A DNA stretch of 64,000 nt from an uncultured Oscillospiraceae bacterium (GTDB lineage: Bacteria > Bacillota > Clostridia > UMGS1883). The position numbers and the translations under genes were made by a program. Under the pieces are notes generated by a model. That model did not search any database and was not told where the DNA came from. It worked only from the letters and a program-made list of their open reading frames with translations. Shown here piece by piece: positions 59,830 through 64,000 of the stretch. The stretch is taken from the NCBI GenBank assembly GCA_964390145.1, contig CAYMHB010000004.1, positions 11,545 to 75,544 on the forward strand, read 5' to 3'. The first letter of the stretch is position 1; the number at the start of each line of letters is the position of its first letter.

Positions 59830-60930
59830 ATGAAATTTTTCTGCGATACAAAATTATTTTCCGAGGCTATCGGTATTGTTTCAAAAGCTGTTGCCTTAAA
59901 ATCACCAATTCCTCATCTGGAAGGAATACTCCTTACTGCAAAAGGAGGTACTCTTACACTTTTATCAAATAATCTTGAAATTTCAATTAAAACTTCAATC
60001 AGCGCTAATGTAAGCGAAGAAGGAAGCATAGTTTTAAATTCCAAGATGCTCAGCGATATTGTAAGAAAGCTTCCCGAGGATGTCTGTGAAGTGACTTCAA
60101 ATGAAAAATACAACGTTTCAATCGTTTGTAAAAATGCCGATTATAAAATAGTAGGTCTTAATGCAGACGAATTTCCTCAGCCTCCTCAGATTGCAAAGAA
60201 GAGCTCTCTTACTCTTACAAGCGAGAAACTCCGTGAAATTATAGGAAAAACACTTTTTGCGGTTTCTCTTGATAATGCAAGAAAAATTTTAACAGGTTCT
60301 CTTTATGAAATTGAAAATAATGTTCTTACAGTAGTTGCAGTTGACGGATACCGCCTTGCACTTACAAAAAATGAACTTGCAGGCGAGCATACTGATGCAA
60401 AATTCATTATGCCCGGAAAAACACAGAGCGAAATTTCAAAAATAATAAGCGGAAGCCGCGATGAAGAAATTGAAATTTCATTCAGCGAAAACTATGCACT
60501 TATAGAGGGTGAAGGAATTACAATCACATCCCGTCTTATTGAGGGTGAATTCTTTTCATACAAAAACACAATTCCGTCAGAATCAAAGTATATTGTAAAA
60601 ACAGATTGTAAATCTTTCAATAAGGCAATCGAGCGCGTTGAGCCTATTATTGATGAGGTAAGCAAAAACTGTGTAAAATTCAGATTTGAGGATGGAAAAA
60701 TATCAATAAGCTGTGAAACAGTTCTAGGTAAGGTAAATGATATTGTAGATTGCGATTATTACGGAGAATTACTCGAAATCGGTTTCAATTACAGATATCT
60801 TCATGATGCAGTTTCCAGATGCGAGGGTGAAGAAATTGAACTTAAAATGAATTCTCCCTTCAATCCTCTTATAATAAACTCAACAGATGATGAAAAGTGC
60901 CTGTTTATGGTACTTCCCGTAAGGATATAA
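59830..60930 (+). CDS. dnaN: DNA polymerase III subunit beta
   Basis: Three-domain sliding clamp, 367 aa. The start is MKFFCDTKLF, with an AAAGGATG RBS. Confidence 0.92.
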   Translation: MKFFCDTKLFSEAIGIVSKAVALKSPIPHLEGILLTAKGGTLTLLSNNLEISIKTSISANVSEEGSIVLNSKMLSDIVRKLPEDVCEVTSNEKYNVSIVCKNADYKIVGLNADEFPQPPQIAKKSSLTLTSEKLREIIGKTLFAVSLDNARKILTGSLYEIENNVLTVVAVDGYRLALTKNELAGEHTDAKFIMPGKTQSEISKIISGSRDEEIEISFSENYALIEGEGITITSRLIEGEFFSYKNTIPSESKYIVKTDCKSFNKAIERVEPIIDEVSKNCVKFRFEDGKISISCETVLGKVNDIVDCDYYGELLEIGFNYRYLHDAVSRCEGEEIELKMNSPFNPLIINSTDDEKCLFMVLPVRI

Positions 60931-61135
60931 GGCGGATGGCAAAGCCATCCTTTCGAAGCGAAAGTTTTATTTTATAAAAGCATTCGCTTCGATTGAGGGG
61001 CTTTCGCTCGCGCACCGCTCACCGCGGTAACCCCTGCAAGGAGTTAAAAAAGAGGTAAACGCCCCCGTTTTTAACGAAAACTATGTTGTTAAGTGGTAAA
61101 CCTCTTAACAATCCCTTTAAGAAAAGGAAAATGTT

Positions 61136-61339
61136 ATGAAAATAGAAATTACTACTGAATTTATAAAACTTGACAGTGCACTTAAATACTGCGGTGTTGC
61201 CGAAAACGGCGCTCACGCAAAGGAAATGATATTAGATGGCGAAGTTAAGGTTAACGGTGAAGTTGAACTTCGTCGCGGAAAAAAACTTTATAAAGGCGAC
61301 AAATTCAAAATTTCAGGTGAGGAATTTGAAATAGTATGA
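61136..61339 (+). CDS. yaaA: S4 domain-containing protein YaaA
   Basis: It is 67 aa with an S4 RNA-binding fold. Its position between dnaN and recF is conserved. Confidence 0.8.
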   Translation: MKIEITTEFIKLDSALKYCGVAENGAHAKEMILDGEVKVNGEVELRRGKKLYKGDKFKISGEEFEIV

Positions 61340-62415
61340 AATCTTCAGAGTTAGAACTTTATAATTTCAGAAACTACGAAAAAGAACAGATTTCATTCGG
61401 TGACGAGGTAAATATAATTTACGGAGACAACGGAACGGGAAAGACAAATATAATAGAAGCATTATATTATTTTTCGTACGGAAGAAGTTTCCGCGCCAGC
61501 GGACGCGAAATTATAAAGGAAGGCGAAAAAGAAAGCAAAATAACCCTTAATTTCGAAAATAATGAAAGAAATTATAAGGGTGAAATAAAGTTTTTAAGCG
61601 GAAAAAGAAAAGAAATTTATTTAAATGAAATTGAGCTTAAAAAAACAAGTGAAATGCTTGGAAATTTCATTTGCGTTCTTTTTACACCTGATGAGCTTGG
61701 AATTATAAAAGGTCTTCCCGATGAAAGAAGAAGATTTTGCGACAGCTCTATAATTCCTCTTCGTCCGCAGTTTATAAAAGAGCTTATAAGGTACAGAAAT
61801 CTTATCAATCAAAAAAATGCACTCTTAAAATCGAGAAATTATCAGACTCTCGATGTGTGGAATGAAAAAATTGCCGAAAGCGGAAGCAAAATTATGATGA
61901 TGCGCGGAAGTTATATAGAAAGAATTGAGAAAAAAGCAAAAGAAGTTCAAAGTGAAATTTCAGGCGGTGCGGAAAATTTAGAAATGAAATACAATCCGTC
62001 GGTAAAAATGGGTGCAGACATAAATGAAATAAAGGAAAATTTTATAAGAAAACTTTCCGAATACGAAGAAAAAGAGAAAGAAAACTGCTTCTCGATGGCA
62101 GGAGTGCACCGTGACGAGATTGAATTTTTCATAAATGGTAAAAACGCGAAAAATTATGCAAGTCAGGGACAGATAAGAACTGCAGTTTTAAGCCTTAAAA
62201 GCGCACAGATGGAAATAATAAAGGAAGAAAACGGAAATTATCCCGTGATGCTGCTTGATGATATTTTGAGCGAACTTGATAAAAAAAGGCGCGACTTTTT
62301 AATATCTCAGATAAAAGGAAAACAGATAATAATAACCTGCACGGATATTGAAAATTCATTCAGAAATGAAAATGCAAATATCATCAATATAAAAGACGGT
62401 AAAAAGGTGAACTAG
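61336..62415 (+). CDS. recF: DNA replication and repair protein RecF
   Basis: It has the Walker A GDNGTGKTNIIEA and the signature motif region, in a 359-aa protein. Confidence 0.92.
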   Translation: MKSSELELYNFRNYEKEQISFGDEVNIIYGDNGTGKTNIIEALYYFSYGRSFRASGREIIKEGEKESKITLNFENNERNYKGEIKFLSGKRKEIYLNEIELKKTSEMLGNFICVLFTPDELGIIKGLPDERRRFCDSSIIPLRPQFIKELIRYRNLINQKNALLKSRNYQTLDVWNEKIAESGSKIMMMRGSYIERIEKKAKEVQSEISGGAENLEMKYNPSVKMGADINEIKENFIRKLSEYEEKEKENCFSMAGVHRDEIEFFINGKNAKNYASQGQIRTAVLSLKSAQMEIIKEENGNYPVMLLDDILSELDKKRRDFLISQIKGKQIIITCTDIENSFRNENANIINIKDGKKVN

Positions 62416-62417
62416 TT

Positions 62418-62693
62418 ATGTTTATCCATATTGGAGAAGGAAAAGTAATCAGTAAAAAGAATATAATCGGAATTTTCAACCTTGAAACGACGAGTATCAG
62501 TAAAAAAACCCGAGAATTCTTAAAAATAAACGAAAAAAAAGGTATTGTTGAATACATTGGTTATGAAATCCCGAAAACCTATGTATTGACGAAAAAAAAC
62601 AAAGAAAAGAAAGTATATATAACACAGATTTCTTCGCAAACACTCCAGAAAAGAGCAGAAAGGAATGACGAAATTGGAACAGAAAATCAATAA
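62418..62693 (+). CDS. remB: DUF370 domain protein (RemB/YaaB-like)
   Basis: It is 91 aa. Its position between recF and gyrB is conserved in Firmicutes. Confidence 0.7.
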   Translation: MFIHIGEGKVISKKNIIGIFNLETTSISKKTREFLKINEKKGIVEYIGYEIPKTYVLTKKNKEKKVYITQISSQTLQKRAERNDEIGTENQ

Positions 62694-64000
62694 TTCCTAC
62701 GACGAAACTCAAATACAGGTACTCGAGGGACTTGAGGCCGTACGAAAAAGACCGGGTATGTATATCGGGTCTACTTCGGCGCGCGGTCTTCACCACCTTG
62801 TTTACGAAATCGTGGACAACAGTATTGACGAAGCGCTTGCAGGCTACTGTACACAGATAGATGTGACTTTAAATGCCGACAACAGCGTAACAGTAAAGGA
62901 TAACGGACGCGGTATGCCTCACGGAATTCATCCCAAAATGGGTATTTCCACAATCGACGTTATCTTTACAGTCCTCCACGCAGGCGGTAAGTTCGGCGGC
63001 GGCGGATACAAGGTATCAGGCGGTCTTCACGGCGTTGGTGCGTCTGTTGTTAATGCTCTTTCAACAAAACTTGAAGTTGAAGTACACGACGGCGAGCACA
63101 TCTGGAAACAGAGCTATACAAGAGGTGTTCCCAACGGAGAGGTAACACAGTCAGGCACTACCGACAGGACAGGTACAGAGGTTACTTTCTGGGCAGATCC
63201 CGAAATTTTTGAAGAAACTGTTTATGATTACTATATTCTCTTAAAGAGACTTCGCGAGCAGGCATTCTTAAACGGCGGTATTAAAATAGTATTCAAAGAT
63301 GACCGCGAAGATAAGAAAGAAGAGATTCTCCACTACGACGGCGGTATAAAGAACTTTGTTTCATACCTCTTAAATGAAAAGAAAACCCGCAAAGAAACGC
63401 TTTTAGAGATTCATAATGAAGTTATCTATGTAGATGGTGAGAAAAACGGTTCTGTGGCCGAAATTGCGCTTCAGTGGAATAACGGCTACGACGAAGTGAT
63501 AGAATCGTTTGCTAATAACATCTCTACAACAGAGGGCGGTACTCACGAGACAGGTTTTAAGAGTGCCCTTACAAAAGTTCTTTCGGAATATGCAAGAAAG
63601 TACAAGCTTATAAAGGATGATGAGGAATTAACGGGCGATGATGTTCGTGAAGGTCTTATCGCGGTTATTTCAGTCAAGCTTGAAGAACCTCAGTTTGAAG
63701 GACAGACAAAAACAAAGCTCGGTAACAGCGAAATTCGCGGTTTAGTTGAAAATCTCCTTCGTGAAAAATTGGCAGATTTCCTTGAAGAAAATCCTGCAAC
63801 AGGCAAAATAATCATCGAAAAGGCACTTATGGCATCTCGCGCAAGACTTGCTGCAAGAAAAGCGCGCGAGGCTACAAGAAAAACGCCTCTCGGCTCATCA
63901 ACACTTCCGGGTAAACTTACAGACTGTATCGTAAAAGACCCGACAATGACCGAAATTTACATCGTCGAGGGTGATAGCGCCGGCGGTAGTGCAAAGAGCG
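62674..64000 (+). CDS. gyrB: DNA gyrase subunit B (partial, continues beyond window)
   Basis: The GHKL ATPase N-terminus ([29 protein letters not shown]) and the toprim start ([13 protein letters not shown]) are present. A TTG start gives [11 protein letters not shown], like B. subtilis MEQQQNSYDE. Confidence 0.9.
   Translation, partial: MEQKINNSYDETQIQVLEGLEAVRKRPGMYIGSTSARGLHHLVYEIVDNSIDEALAGYCTQIDVTLNADNSVTVKDNGRGMPHGIHPKMGISTIDVIFTVLHAGGKFGGGGYKVSGGLHGVGASVVNALSTKLEVEVHDGEHIWKQSYTRGVPNGEVTQSGTTDRTGTEVTFWADPEIFEETVYDYYILLKRLREQAFLNGGIKIVFKDDREDKKEEILHYDGGIKNFVSYLLNEKKTRKETLLEIHNEVIYVDGEKNGSVAEIALQWNNGYDEVIESFANNISTTEGGTHETGFKSALTKVLSEYARKYKLIKDDEELTGDDVREGLIAVISVKLEEPQFEGQTKTKLGNSEIRGLVENLLREKLADFLEENPATGKIIIEKALMASRARLAARKAREATRKTPLGSSTLPGKLTDCIVKDPTMTEIYIVEGDSAGGSAKS

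Overview
This window is a Firmicutes (Clostridia-type, spore-forming) chromosomal segment that ends at the replication origin. The right third carries the classic origin neighbourhood. On the minus strand: serS, parB, parA(soj), a noc-like parB paralog, rsmG, mnmG, mnmE, jag, yidC, yidD, rnpA and rpmH. Then comes an AT-rich oriC, followed on the plus strand by dnaA, dnaN, yaaA(S4), recF, a DUF370 gene and partial gyrB. A perfect parS site lies between parA and noc, and a near-perfect second site lies downstream of ytvI.

The rest of the window is core housekeeping: glucokinase, pfk, mutS2, gdhA, rpsO-pnp, ddl-murF, proS, comEB, cysK, a tRNA-Thr/tRNA-Tyr pair, lysC-hom-ACT, rsmI, dusB, proBAC, a polar amino acid ABC transporter and apgM. 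Sporulation and germination genes are interspersed: a spoVB-like flippase, spoVAC-spoVAD, a pdaB-like deacetylase, a cotF-like gene, ypeB and ytvI.

Things I could not explain by ordinary annotation:
- Two small repeat families. One is a GC-rich GGGGACGGGGC palindrome family (3 copies), two of which bracket an XRE regulator plus a small SLOG/YpsA-like gene. The other is a conserved ~35-nt motif (TYCACATTCATTTCGAAYTTCGAATT) that follows four different intrinsic-terminator hairpins.
- A 24-bp inverted-repeat-bounded element downstream of the tRNAs.
- A heavily structured ~230-nt region between jag and mnmE.
- A 300-bp module bracketed by identical 27-bp palindromes next to a C_GCAxxG gene.
- An apparent +1 frameshift in rpmH at a G4 run.
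- A 31-bp duplication of the 3-prime end of an XRE gene, flanking that gene upstream of a truncated comEC-like gene.

Nothing here resembles a known defence island, CRISPR array or complete mobile element.
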